DNA from: the human T2T-CHM13v2.0 reference genome, Homo sapiens
Length of the DNA: 64,000 nt
Assembly (NCBI RefSeq): GCF_009914755.1
Contig: NC_060927.1
Direction: 5' to 3' (one strand)
Shown: one piece after another, positions 1 through 13,323 of the stretch
How the letters are laid out: the number at the start of each line of letters is the position of its first letter
How positions within the stretch are numbered: the first letter of the stretch is position 1
Position numbers and translations under genes: made by a program
Notes under the pieces: model-generated
What the model saw: only the letters and a program-made list of their open reading frames with translations
Databases searched by the model: none
Told to the model about the DNA's origin: nothing

Positions 1-199
1 GAGGAGGAAACTGCAGGGAGCCGGCAGAACCATGTTCCAGTCTCTCCTGCCACACTTAGTCACGTGGCCTGGATCAATAACTTCACCTCTCTGTGCCTTT
101 GCCTTCTCACGTATCCCGTGGGAGGTGGGGGTATTCTGCCCTCAGAGCTGTCGTGAGGGTGTGGTGGCAGCCTCCTGGTTCACGCCTTGTTGTGCCCTC

Positions 200-582
200 C
201 CACACTGTAGTAGGGTTGATCTGTGGGACCATAATCATATGTGTGTCGCTTTTGAGGCTGGGTTATAAAAGACATTGTGGCTTCTATCTTGCTCTCTCTT
301 GGGTCACTTGCTCTGGGGGACGTCAGCTACCATGTTGTCAGGAGAGACTCTCATGACAAGGAATGAATGCCTTATGCTGAACGCCACGTGAGTGAGTTTG
401 GAAGGGAAGTCTCCAGGCTTCAGATGAGTGCAGCTCCTGCCGCCAATTAGACTGCAAGCTCCTGCGGGACCCTGAGCTGCTTCCAAGTTCCTGAGCCACA
501 GAAACAGAGGGGAAAGCACTTGGAAGCCGTTTTAAGTCCCTACCTTTTGGGATTGTTATGTGGCAAAAGGTAACTGATACAG
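200..582 (+). mobile_element. MLT1-type (ERVL-MaLR) LTR remnant
   Basis: Typical MLT1 phrases (gctgggttataaaagaca..., ttcctgagccacagaaac..., ttttaagtccctaccttttggg...gtaactgataca). Boundaries are approximate. Confidence 0.6.
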
Positions 583-1779
583 TGGGTAAAAGCACCTAGC
601 ACAGTACCTTGTACAGAATTGGGGCTATAGAACAGACAAGATCTATAGCTCTGGATTCAGGACAGAGGGCTGGGCTGGAGACAGGGATTTGGAAGCCTTT
701 GGCTCAGACACAGTAAAGGAATCCATGGAGGTGGCTGAGCCATTCCATGGAGAGGGGTACATGGAGAGGAGGGGATTGTGTTGAACAGGAACTTGAGCTT
801 AAGTGTCGGGGTAAAGCAAGAGGAGCATCTTTGTAAGTCTAAGAGGAGGAGCTATGGAAGAAGGAGGAGAACATGCATCCTAGAAGCCAAGGGAAGGGGC
901 TGTCCCCTGGCAGACGTCACTGCAGAAGCCTTGCTGCGGAGAGGCCTGAGCCATGCAGGTCGGAGGAGGTTCTTTCAGATTTAGTATCAAGGAGGATTCT
1001 GGTGAGCCATTTAGATGGAGAGGTGGGCCCTGAGGCCAGATTGAATGTTACGGGTTGGGGTCTTAGGGGAAGTGGGGGGACACAGCAAAGGAAGAGAGGG
1101 AGGGGGACACTGTGTCGAAGGAGAAGTCTGAAAATTCTTGAGTCAGGGACAGAGACCTGAGGCTGTTTATCTGCTGATGGGCGTGGGAGATGGGGACTGG
1201 AGAGAGGGAGGGATGGAAGATCTGAGCCTGGAGAGGCTAAAGGGCGGGAGAAGGAATGGACTAGAGCCCAGGGAGGGGATCACCTGGACAGGAGGTGGAA
1301 TCCCCCAGCCATCTCATGAGGGGAGGACAGTGCAATGCAGGTCATTCCAAAAGAGGGCAGAGGAGGGTTCTAGGGGGCTCCCACTGAAGGGGAAAGGTTT
1401 TCCTGACAAGTAGGAGGTGAGGTCGGCTAGGCAGTGAGAGTTGGGAGAAGGGAGAGAGGGAGGGGACTCAGATCTCCACACTTCATTGTCTTGTCAACTG
1501 CTGGTGCCCCTTTGCCCTCCCAGCACCGTGCTGGGCTTGGTTCCTTCCTGTAACAGGTGTAGCTGCAATAATAAACAGCCCCCTCCAGGTCAGCCTGGCC
1601 CCAGGGCAGACCAGGATCAGTATCTTTACCACAGGAGCCTGGATACTTGGTGGCCACCTGGAAAAGAAAGGTGCAGAGGGTCAGGGGCAGCTGTAAACCA
1701 GAAGCCAGCCTTCCCCAGCAGGCTTGCAACCCTGAGCTCTGTGGAGGCAAACAGCTTCCAATATAAACCCTTTCCACCC

Positions 1780-2620
1780 CCAACCCCCCAAACCAACAGA
1801 TCCAGATGGTTTGCGGGAGAATCCTATAGAACATTCAAACTACAGAAAATCCCAGTCTAGTGAATAGACACTCATTCCTTAAGGTATGTTATGAGGCTCA
1901 TGTAACTTTGATAGCAAAGCCAGACGAGGAGAGAATAAGCAAATAGTAGCATATCTCAGTCATCCACGTGGATACAAAAACCCTAAATGAAATATTAGCA
2001 AATGGAACCCTAAATGAAATATCAGCAAATGGAATCTAGCGGTATACTGAAAAAATAATACATCATGACGTGTGAAATTCCTTGAATAAAAATGCATTGA
2101 CTTAAAAAAATACATTATCAAGGCGAGTTTATCCCGGGAATACATGGATGGTTTAATATAGTAAGATCCATGGTTGTAATTCATTACATTGCAATGGGGG
2201 GAATCTCACATTGATAAAATTCAGCACCCATTCATAGTAAAGAAGAATAGTGCTTCCTTACCCTGATAAAGAATATCTATCAAAAAATCCACAACAAACA
2301 CTATAGTTAATGGTGATATGTTACAAGCAGTCAAGAACAGGATAAAAATGCCCATTACCATCACTGCTCTTCAACATTGTGTGAGAGAATTTAGTCAGCA
2401 CAGTACAGCAAGAAAAAGGAAAAAAAGGACAGGAAGATACCACACTGTTATGACTTGCAGACTCTATGATTATTTGCACAGCGAATTCAAGAGAACCTAC
2501 AAACTTATTAGAACTGAAAGAGTTCACTTTTGCTGAATATAAGATTATATAAAACCCAACTGCATTTCAATAGCCATCTATCAATTATAAAATACAAAAG
2601 TGAAAGTACAATTAGCACTA
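1780..2620 (+). mobile_element. Old L1 (L1M) ORF2 fragment
   Basis: Degenerate ORF2-like phrases (ccagatggttt, aaatattagcaaat, ttgataaaattcagcacccattcat, aagcagtcaagaacaggataaaaatgcccatta). Confidence 0.6.
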
Positions 2621-4099
2621 GTTATAAAAATTTTAAGATAGGAGGGACTAGGTCTGACAAAATCACCAACAAAATTAATCCATCAGTTTTTATATGGGGA
2701 AATAGAAGCCCTGAGAGGGGAAATGACTCTTTCAAGGATACCCAGTAAATCAGAGGCAATTCTGGGTTTTCAGTGGCACCAAATTCTGGAGATCTGAGTA
2801 TTGGGTAATTTTGGTATTGTCCTTCTATTAAAAAACAACAAAACCCAGTGGGGTGGGGAGGAGTGGGGGGCAAAAAAAAAAAAAAAAGAAAAACCAAACC
2901 AAAACTCATTGTATTTTTCTGATTATAAATTCAATATTTATGTGTTCTGATTATAAATTCAATATTCATGAAAATTCAGAAGAACGTTATGAAGTAATGC
3001 CATTAACATTCCCATACTGTTATCTTGAACACGATGGTCAATGGTTTGATGTATTTCCTTCAAAATTTTTGTCTGTATATATTTATGTTTTTAAAAATAA
3101 AATCAGGATATCATGTGTACTAGTTTGTGTATTGATCATTTTCACACACATTTCCCTGTATTCTCACCTAGTCTTTGTGAATTTGATAATGTAGCACTCA
3201 GTTATGTTGATGAAGCATATGTCATTTATTTAACCTATCAATTTGAGCTTTTGGAGACAAATCAAGTATCAGATATAACTGTGATGATCATGCTGATACA
3301 ATTTCAACCCCAGAGCTAGCTCACACACATGCAGACGTGAAACCCAAGTGAGTTTCTAAGGCCAGTGGTTATTCTGGTGGAGAAGGTTAAACCCAGCATC
3401 AGGTAACTGGTCCCACCGGAAGGGGACAGTGGCCTGGCTAGCAGGAAGTGAATGGACTTGGAACGAGTGGACGGATGGAGACCAATTAGCCCTGAGGCGT
3501 TAGGTGCTGCCCATCCTCTGCAGCCTTGGCTTCCTTCCTGGTGAAGTGGGGACAATACCAGCGCCAGTCTCATCTAGGGTCGAGCTCCTCCAGGCCCCAG
3601 AGCCTTTGCATGGGTCGTTTTGTCTGCTGAAGGTAGCTCTGCCCTTCTCTCCACCTGGCTGCCCGTGTTGCTGAGCTTCTGGGCCCAGCAGCCCTTTGCT
3701 GTCTTGCCCGTCAGGCCGGACCAGACCGTCTTGCCCCGGTGGCCCCGGGGGCTTCTTCACAGGCCTCATCGCAGGGTTGTCTCCCCAATGCAGGGCAGGC
3801 AGGAGGAGCTCTGGCCGCAGGTCGGGGTCCAGGTCTTCCTCGGCCACTGCGTTTGGAGCAGGGGCTCCCTTCCCTTCTTCTCCATCTAAGTCCTCTAATC
3901 ATGTCCCTCCCAACACTTACGGCCATAACTTGTCATTATTTTGTCTATTAGCTGTTTCCTTGAGTCTTGTCTGTCTTCTCCTTTGATTAGGACCCGCCTC
4001 CGTCTTGGTGGCCGCTGTATCTCCTAAACCCCCAGGCCTGAGATATAGTGGGGGGCCCATACAAGTTCGTGAAATGACTAAGGAGAAACAGCTGTGGAG

Positions 4100-4950
4100 G
4101 CACCACCCCTGAGGACGCAGTGGGCCTGGGGTTGGGCGGACCCCAGGCTGCGGGCGGAGGCGGGACGTAGGGGCGGGGTTTCGGGGCTTCGGAGCGGAGC
4201 CTAAGGGGCGGGACTGGGGCTTCGGGGCGGGGCTTCGGGGCTGCGGTCGTGTGGTCTTGACCGCGCGGCTCCGACTGCGCTGGCTGAGTTCCTCAGGCCG
4301 CCCGCTCTCTGGCTTCCAGCCCGCGCTGCCGTTAGGGGGCGCCCGCGCTCGTGGCGCCGCGGCTCTGCTGGGAAGGCGCCGCCCGCGCCGGGCAGCTGGA
4401 GCCGCAACTCCGGGCGCGGGCTCAGTCGTCCCCTCTGCCGCCGCCGCCGCCGCCGTCGCCGGGCGCGGGCTCGCTTGTCCCCGCGCTCGCGCTCTCCGGC
4501 CGCGGGCATCTCCCGGCCCGGCCGCAGCAGCCGCCGCCGCCGCGCAGTGAGTGGGGCTGGCGCGGGGCTTGCGGGGCCGGGGTTTGGGAGGGCCGGGTTT
4601 CAGGAGACGTCTGCGCCGAGCGGCCAGGGGAGCGGGGCTGAGGAGGATCTGGGCGGGGGCTCCTGGAACGGGGCGGCGGCGGGGCCGCGTTGAGGGGACC
4701 GCGCGTCCCGGGCTGGCACGAGCCAGCAGCGGAGGTGCCCGCGGCGGGGCCTGGGCGGGGGTTCCGGGGCCCGCCCGGCGGGGATGCGCGGTTTCTGCGG
4801 GCCCGGGTTCGGAGCCCCGCGGCGCGCCCCTCGTCCGGGCCCGGAGCATCGCCCGCCCTACCCCTGGCCGGGTCGGGTTGCGGGGGCTTCGCTGGCGGGG
4901 CAGCAGCGAAGGGCGGCCCGGACGGAGATATTTGGGGTGTGCTCGAAAAT
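4100..4950. promoter_or_regulatory. KCTD6: CpG island / KCTD6 promoter with GC boxes
   Basis: Very GC- and CpG-rich block with GGGGCGGGG boxes (~4170, ~4224). It contains the exon-1 donor. Confidence 0.92.
4470..4546 (+). other. KCTD6: KCTD6 non-coding exon 1 (start approximate)
   Basis: Donor GCA|GTGAGT at 4546/4547 inside the CpG island. The TSS cannot be determined from sequence. Confidence 0.7.
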
Positions 4951-7900
4951 GATTGTTTTTGGGAGATGGCGCTTATTAGCCACCAATTGCCCTAGTTTAA
5001 AGCTTGAGGCAGGACTCAAAACCCTGCCTTTGGGATTTTCTGCCCTGAAGAGACTCTCAGATCGCAGCTGAGTTCTTTATGCCTAGATTTGTGTGTGTGT
5101 GGTGGCGTTTTTAATGCTTGATGTCAGAGGTGATAAATGGCCATGGTAATGGGGAGCCCTGGCAGCACCTGCTGGGCTGACAGTGGTGGAGGCTGTGTCT
5201 GGGGGTGGGACGGGGAAATGAAACGTGACAGAGATCCTGTTTGGATATTCTGCCGAAGTTACCATGTTTCTGTTCAAGTATACCAGTTCTAGAACAAGTT
5301 GATGGATCCAATTTTAGGACTTTGTGATAGAAGAGGTTTGGGTGGCAAAGTGACCTGGGATGACCCGGCTCGGCTAAGAATATTTGGGGTAGCCTAAGTA
5401 TCTCTTCTATATCCCCCTGGCATGTTCTTTTTTTCGCTGTCACAAATGCCCTATTACTTGAATCATCCTGGGATAGGAGAGAAGCTTGGGGACAGCATGT
5501 AGCACAGTCCTGAGCCCAAGATTGAGATGTTTTCAAATGAACGAATATGTAGCTAGGAAAAGGAAAATGTGTTTGTCAGCAGGGTTGGTAGGTTGAGAGT
5601 ATTTTCTCTTTGGCCGAAACCATCAGTCCATACTGATACTTGATTTTGTGCTATGCCTTAGATATGAACGATGGAGTGGTCAGGATAGCCATGGATGCCA
5701 TTCCAAAGTTTTGTGATTTGAATTTTCATAAATCATATTTTAACCAAAGCATTACTACTTAAAGGAATCTTAGGGTGAACCCTATGAATCCTTCAGTGCG
5801 CTTGGATTTTGATATTTGGGGTCCATTTAAAATGGAGTACCTGTATGTATTTGGATTCAGCTTTAACTTGGAGATAATCCCGAGTCATGCTTTAAAGAAG
5901 TTCCTTCTGAGATCAGGAGCTCAGGTGTTTGGTGAACTCTGGGAAAACTAGACACTCCCCTTTACCTGTATATAGTTCTCCCTTCTGGAGCTCTGGGAAA
6001 AGGGGGACCTGGGGAGATTTGAAGCAAATTAAGAGGCTGCCTCCTCCATATTTGCCGTCTCCAGGCCAATGCTCTAAATTACTTGTGTTCACACTCAAGT
6101 TTCTCATGTTAACCTAGAAATTTTGTTTATGCTGCTGCCACTAATGTTTTCACATTTGTCTAATACTTGCTAGTTTACAGATGGTTTTATATTCATGATC
6201 TCCCTTATTTTCTCCATTTCCCCAAAGAAGAAGCTGGGCATAAAGAGTGATTTTCTCAGGGTCTCATAATCAGTAACGGAGCAGAATTCAACTACAGGAC
6301 CTCCCTGGGAACCTGTTCTCTTTCCTTGTCCTGATGTGTTACTCTTATAGGCCAATTTTTGCCTTTGTGTTGTGCCTAAATGGTGTAATTACCCCGTTTT
6401 GGGAAGGTGGTATTATCCCGTTTTATCTTGCGGAAACTGAGGGTTAAGAGGAATGTTATGATTTTGTGACTATTTGTGACAGCTTTTTAATATTAGGTCA
6501 CTTTTAAACCTATAGCTTCTCTCTTCTAGACCACATGGTTGAGAAAGGAGAAAGAGAAAATGATTACTTGTAGAGAAAAATCCATTTCTGCAGTGGTATG
6601 GTTAAGGATAATCTAACCATAATCACATTATCCTTGTATGCCTGGCTACTTGTGCTGGCCTGTATGTGAATGTTAACCCCAAAGACTCCTTTAGATGTCG
6701 CTGAACTAGTTACTATAAAAAGTATTTCGCTTTCAAACTCCCACATTTCAAGAAGAGCAAAACTCAATACAAGGCAATTTTGAAGGTAAGTATAGAAAGA
6801 GGGAGTTTATTGAGTCTTTTCTGACTACCAGACACGAAGGTTTCAGTAAAAAAGCATTTTTAAAGGGCTGCCTGGAAACTCTGGGAAGTCAGTAGTTGGA
6901 GTTTTTTATTATTCGTTGGAGGTTTTTATTGCAACATATAGGTAGTTATATAGGATTAGGACTTTTGCCCCGGAGAATTCTTAATCTATAGCAGGAATGA
7001 TAAACCCAGAATATTTTTGTTAAGTTAGTTCATCATAACCATTAGGCCTGTAATTGCAATTCTGCAGTGATAGGGAGAATGGCATTTAAGGGTTCTTAGG
7101 TTATTTTTTTAAGTTATTAACTTACTGAATTATGTATGCATTTCTTCAGATATGCTACTTTAGAAAATTAATACTTCCTTTTAAGGTTTCTATAAATTCT
7201 TCAGTATGTGTTTTCTTAAGCTTAATTACCTGCTAACATGACACTGTCAGAATTTATACATTAGTCACAATAACCTTTGAAGCTTAAACATGGTTGAATT
7301 TTCAGCACTGCTTTATATTCTTTGGGGAGTGGGCAGTGTTGTTTTCACAAGAATTTTATTTGCATCAAAGGTTACATCTTTTCAGGTGAACTGATTTTTC
7401 AGGGTCAGAGGCTTCTTTGAATTTTATAGCTGTTTGTGCTCGGTTGCATTTGCTGTCTTTCAAAACCATCTTTAGTTTTAGTAAGGAAAGTCACTATAAA
7501 GGAAAAATTTTTTATTGTTACCATTCCTGGTAGATTTTCTGAAATATTAGATATTTCTTTGCTTTCATCAAGTAAAATAGGCCTATTTGATACCCATTTC
7601 AAGATCTTCCTTCTGCTGCCTGTCTTGTGGTCATTTAACTTCTCATTAAGCCCTCCACTGGAGACTGTGCCAGAAGGGAGAGAAGATGAAAAGCAAATGA
7701 ATCATTTTCTAATTGTTAGTAGCTCTGGAAAATGATTCAGTAGAAGAGATTGAAACTATTCTGGAAATTCTTTGGGATTGTATTTCATTCATCTGCATCG
7801 TTTCAGAGATGTTCCTAATGGTCGTCAATTCAGAATTCAGAAGCCGATCATTATCCAGCTATTGGATAACAGGGAATTTTTCATGCTTTTTTTTGTTTGT

Positions 7901-10339
7901 TTGTTTCTTGCTGTATTTAAGCATCTCCACAGAAGATATTTAGAAGCAGGTAGAGATAAAATTTAAACTAATCAATACTGTTTTTTCCCTTTGAACTCTT
8001 TAATGCACAATTTGATTTCTTTAGACAGTTTACTCATTGTTATTGGAAGTGACTAATAGTAACTTTGCTTCAATTTATTTTGATGTATCTTATACACAAG
8101 TATAGGAAGGCTTTTGGGTGGTTTTTAAGAAACATGGGCTGTAGATTCCCATAATTGCTTTCCTGAATTATTAAGCGTGAGCTTTCATTACATCTTTGTA
8201 CCGGAACTTTTGCTTTTGCTGTGGAACAGATTCAGGGACATCGTCTAATTTTTTTTTTTTTTTTTTTAGATAACTGCTCAAGAAGTTACCTTGTTTTGAT
8301 TTAGCAGTAAAAAAGAAAAAAAGGGTTAATAGTGGACAGACTTTTCGTTAACGGCTGCAACATTGATGTCTGCTTTTTTCCTTGTCTTTGATCTTCTGTT
8401 TCTCATTTAATCATTTGGATATTCACGGATTGGAGTTCTTTATGTCACTACAGACAGGACAGCAACCGTTATTCACACTAGTTGAATGGGTTCCTGCCTT
8501 TTTTTGGTGGGGGGGGCCTCAGGAGAATTTTTACAAACCCATTATGACTGTTTAGTTAGGCTGAGTTACTGTAAAATTTGTAAATAAAACCCTACTGGAT
8601 GGATAGGGTTAATAGATGGCTATAGAGAGTTTAAAGTTAAGCTTTTTCAATTTCTTGTCTCTTGGATTCTGTTCTTTCAATTTCTACCCTAGGAGGGGAT
8701 TTATGGAAAAATCTAGACTAAGAGTCAGAACATGCAAGTTCTTATCTAGTTACTTCCCAGCTGTGGCGCCCTCAGCTAGTCACTTAATCTGCCTTGTTTC
8801 TCTGTTTTGCATCTTTAAGATGAGGATAGTAATCCCTGCTCGGCCTACTGGTATCAGGAATGTTGTAGGGGGAAAAAAAGTCTTTCATGCCCCTGTCTAT
8901 TAAATTGTTTCTTCCTTCTAGAATCCCTTCTCAGGTTGTCCGAATTTTCTTTCAAGGATTCAACTGAATGGGCTCTTCCCAGAAGTCCTCTATTTCCCAT
9001 TTGAAATCTTGCTTTTCCCCTCTCACGGGCCTCTGCTGGTCCATCTGTTATACAGCACTTTGAATTCTGTTCTGTACTTCAGTCATTGCATGTTGCCTTC
9101 CATTATAGATGGAAAGCTCCATGAGGGCAAAGATTGTCTTTTTCCTCTTTCTGTGTGTCCGCATTGCACATAGGCACCCCCTCCACTCCATAGGTGACCC
9201 ACAATAATTGTTGGCTGAATGAATGATTATTGAGGCTGTCAGAATGAATACTTTGGGTGATGGGAAAATGCCAAAGATGAGCATCTTACCAGAACTTTTG
9301 GATGAGTGGCCTTTTAAATTGCTCAGTTACTAATCTGTTGTTATCAGTAACTGAATCAGATCCTGGCAAGACAAATTGGCAAAGCCCATTTCTTGGTCCT
9401 GTTTACTTCGGATACTATTTGTGAAGCAAGTCAGAGGAATGAAAGACTGTCATAACAGTCTTGAATTTGACATTTGTTCCATTTCTCACCCCATAGCATG
9501 TGGAGGCCTGTCTATATCCAACTGCTGAGTGTAAAGAATAAAAACTGACTGCCCCATAGTCTGGTCCACATTTTAGTTGTGTGCTTTGAAGGATTTGCAA
9601 GGTAGAGAAATAGATGCTTCAGGCTCTGATTTCAGCCCATGCTGTGCTATGCAAATGTTCTCTACATGCCTGAGTGACCTTTTGAGAAAGAGCCTTTGTG
9701 ATCTTCTGTAGCTAGGGCTTGTTCTGGGAATTCTGTGCCAGATTCCTCTAAAAGTGGGAAAAGTGAATCTGTTAAAGGACCACGTAAAAAAGCCAGTGCT
9801 TTTCCTGGATGAATACCAATAAGTCCATGTTTCTTACCATGTCTTGCCAGAGCTTTAGAAATTTGCTCTGCAGTTTGCTTTACAGGTTGATTTGGGATTG
9901 AAGTGTGTGAGAGGGAACTGACTAAGGCAGTTCAGTAGCTGGGAAACTGTTTGTTTAAATGCTTTTGAATTGTAGATAAAAATAAATTCACATTGGCATC
10001 ATTAGTATCTGAGCATTTCTCAGTGTCTTAAGGCTGGCTCTCCATGAGTGCTGGCTGATTGACTCTCATCTATATCGGTAAGGTTCTTTTTGCCCCAAAT
10101 TGTGCTCTTTAACACTTCGGCATTTAAATCACTTTCTATTTGTTTTAATTGTACAAAGAGAAATACATCATTATTTAAAAGCATCATCTTTTTTTTTTAT
10201 ATTGTAAGATAAATACCATTCTGATGTATTTCTCTTGGAAAGGGATGCTGGTATCCTGGGAGGTTTATGATTTTTGATGTTTTTACTCAGGTGATTGGCT
10301 TGTATAGCTGAAATGCTGATGAAAAGGAGTTTTCCCTTC

Positions 10340-10658
<319 letters not shown>

Positions 10659-11132
10659 GTCCCTTTTTCTTAAATGACCTTTTTGGTGAGGACCATTATA
10701 GGTTTGTACCAGGATAAGGTTGTAGAGTTAATCATAATATTCTCTTATATAAATTCTAAAAATTGATGTTCTAAGAAGAGAGGTAGAATTTGAATGACTG
10801 GGTTACTTCCTAGACTCTTCCTCCTTCTCTTAAGTACAGTATAGTTCTTTCTCTGAAAATCTTCAGTCTCTTAGTTCCAGATGGGTTCTCTATGGTAAGA
10901 ATACAGGACATGTAGAAGGCCCTAGGGGAATGCTTTCTTCCCCAGATCTTTGCCCTGTAGTAGGTTTCAGCTGAGCAAGGACGAGTAGTTTTTCTGGTGT
11001 TTGGCCTCCTCTGTTGGGTGGAAAAAGACTTTCTTCTCTATTTTCCTAGTTATATATGCTATCATATGTCTGTTTTTCTCCTCTTGAAGTTTCCCTGAAA
11101 CCTGGGCTCTTGAAGACGCATCACTGGAGCAG

Positions 11133-11159
11133 ATGGATAATGGAGACTGGGGCTATATG
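11133..11159 (+). CDS. KCTD6: KCTD6 first coding exon (exon 11090-11159), MDNGDWGYM
   Basis: Acceptor ttctcctcttgaag|11090, ATG at 11133, 9 codons, then a phase-0 donor ATG|GTGAGT. It joins the 228-aa ORF to give the 237-aa KCTD6 I recall. Confidence 0.9.
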
Positions 11160-11275
11160 GTGAGTGCTTCTTGGAGATGCATTTTGAAGGCTGGGGAATT
11201 ATTTTTGTGTGTCTTTTTATCCTTATGTATTTTTAGGTATATCTTATAAGAAAAGAAAATTGTGAATTTGTGTAA

Positions 11276-11597
<322 letters not shown>

Positions 11598-11909
11598 TGT
11601 TTGGTGTTTTAATGGAATCAAACTCAAAATGGATTTTCCAAATACTTTTTATAATCACTGGAGAGGTAACGTGATTTTTTATTTTTTCAAGTGTGTTGCT
11701 CTGAAGACTCTTTCTTCATGAATAGTGACTACAAAGGGATCTAGTGAGTTTGGAGGATATTTTGTTGTGGTTTGGGAGATTAATGGTTGAGAAAGTGCCT
11801 CTTCTCCCCACTTGCATTTTTTGTGTGTGCATATGTCTCCCTATTTTTCTATTCCTTTGGTGTAAGGTATATTTTACTTGCCTATACCTGAAGTCTCTGT
11901 CTGCCTTTC

Positions 11910-12319
<410 letters not shown>

Positions 12320-12497
12320 TGAATACACTATCAGATTATGAAATTTTATGGCTGCTGTAAGCTTTTGGGTATGTGATGCTTTTCTGGCTTGGTTGTATTG
12401 ACTAAACTGTATATTTTAACTTAGTATTTGAAAGTATCACTTCCATGAAAAAGTTACCAAGATTAGGTCTGCACAGTTTTTAATTTAATTTAAATAA

Positions 12498-12804
12498 TTT
12501 TTTTTTTTTGGAGACAAAATCTCTCTGTGTCGCCCAGGCTGAAGTGAAGTGGCATGATCTTGGCTCACTGCAGCCTGTGCCTCCTGGGTTCAAGTGATTC
12601 TCATACCTCAGCCTCCCAAGTAGCTAGGACTACTCAGGCCACCACACCCAGTGAATTTTTTTTTTTTTTTTTTTTGTATTTTTAATAGAGATGGGGTCTT
12701 GCCATGTTGCCCAGGCTGGTCTTGAACTCCTGAGCTCAGGCAATCTGCCTGCCCCGGCCTCCCAAAGTGCTAGGATTACAGGTATGAGCCACTGTACCTG
12801 GCCC
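12498..12804 (-). mobile_element. Alu (S/J)
   Basis: Antisense Alu with an expanded middle T-run. Confidence 0.85.
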
Positions 12805-13323
12805 AAATTTTTATTTTAAAAACAAATTTCATAGTTTGTTCCTTTTGTTTGAGGGGGAGAAACCAAAGAAATATTGAAAGTAAATGTCTATATTATCAGA
12901 TCATTTTAATTCTATCTAATGTTAAATTAAATTCAGAAAAATGCAAGCCTTAAAAAAAAATCAGAAAAAAATAAGTGTATTTTAGCGTGGCTTTTCCCTT
13001 CCCACATATATTCTGGCCTGAAAACTCTATAGATAATGGGCCTGAAATGATTTGGCTCTGGAAGTCAATGCCCTGTATTCTTAGCATAAGTCTTTAAAGA
13101 GAAATTGGATTTCTCCTTTTTTTTTCTATTGAAAGCAAATGTTAGATCACTTCATCTGGGTGGGTTTATTGCTGGTAGTAAAGTCATTTTGCATTAGAGG
13201 ATTACTAAATACATTATAGCCTGAAAGAATCTTGGGCTTTGCTCAGTATCACTTACTTTCTTAATTTGTCAAAGTTAGTATTTAAAAATTTCAGATGACT
13301 GATCATTTCTTTACAAATTTCAG

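Noticed and set aside
3917-5071. Long Ala/Arg/Pro/Gly-rich ORFs (up to 310 aa) on both strands
   Set aside because: Expected from stop-codon scarcity in a CpG island; no recognisable domain.
10746-10753. TATATAAA as an internal KCTD6 promoter upstream of exon 2
   Set aside because: Common in AT-rich DNA; no other support from sequence alone.
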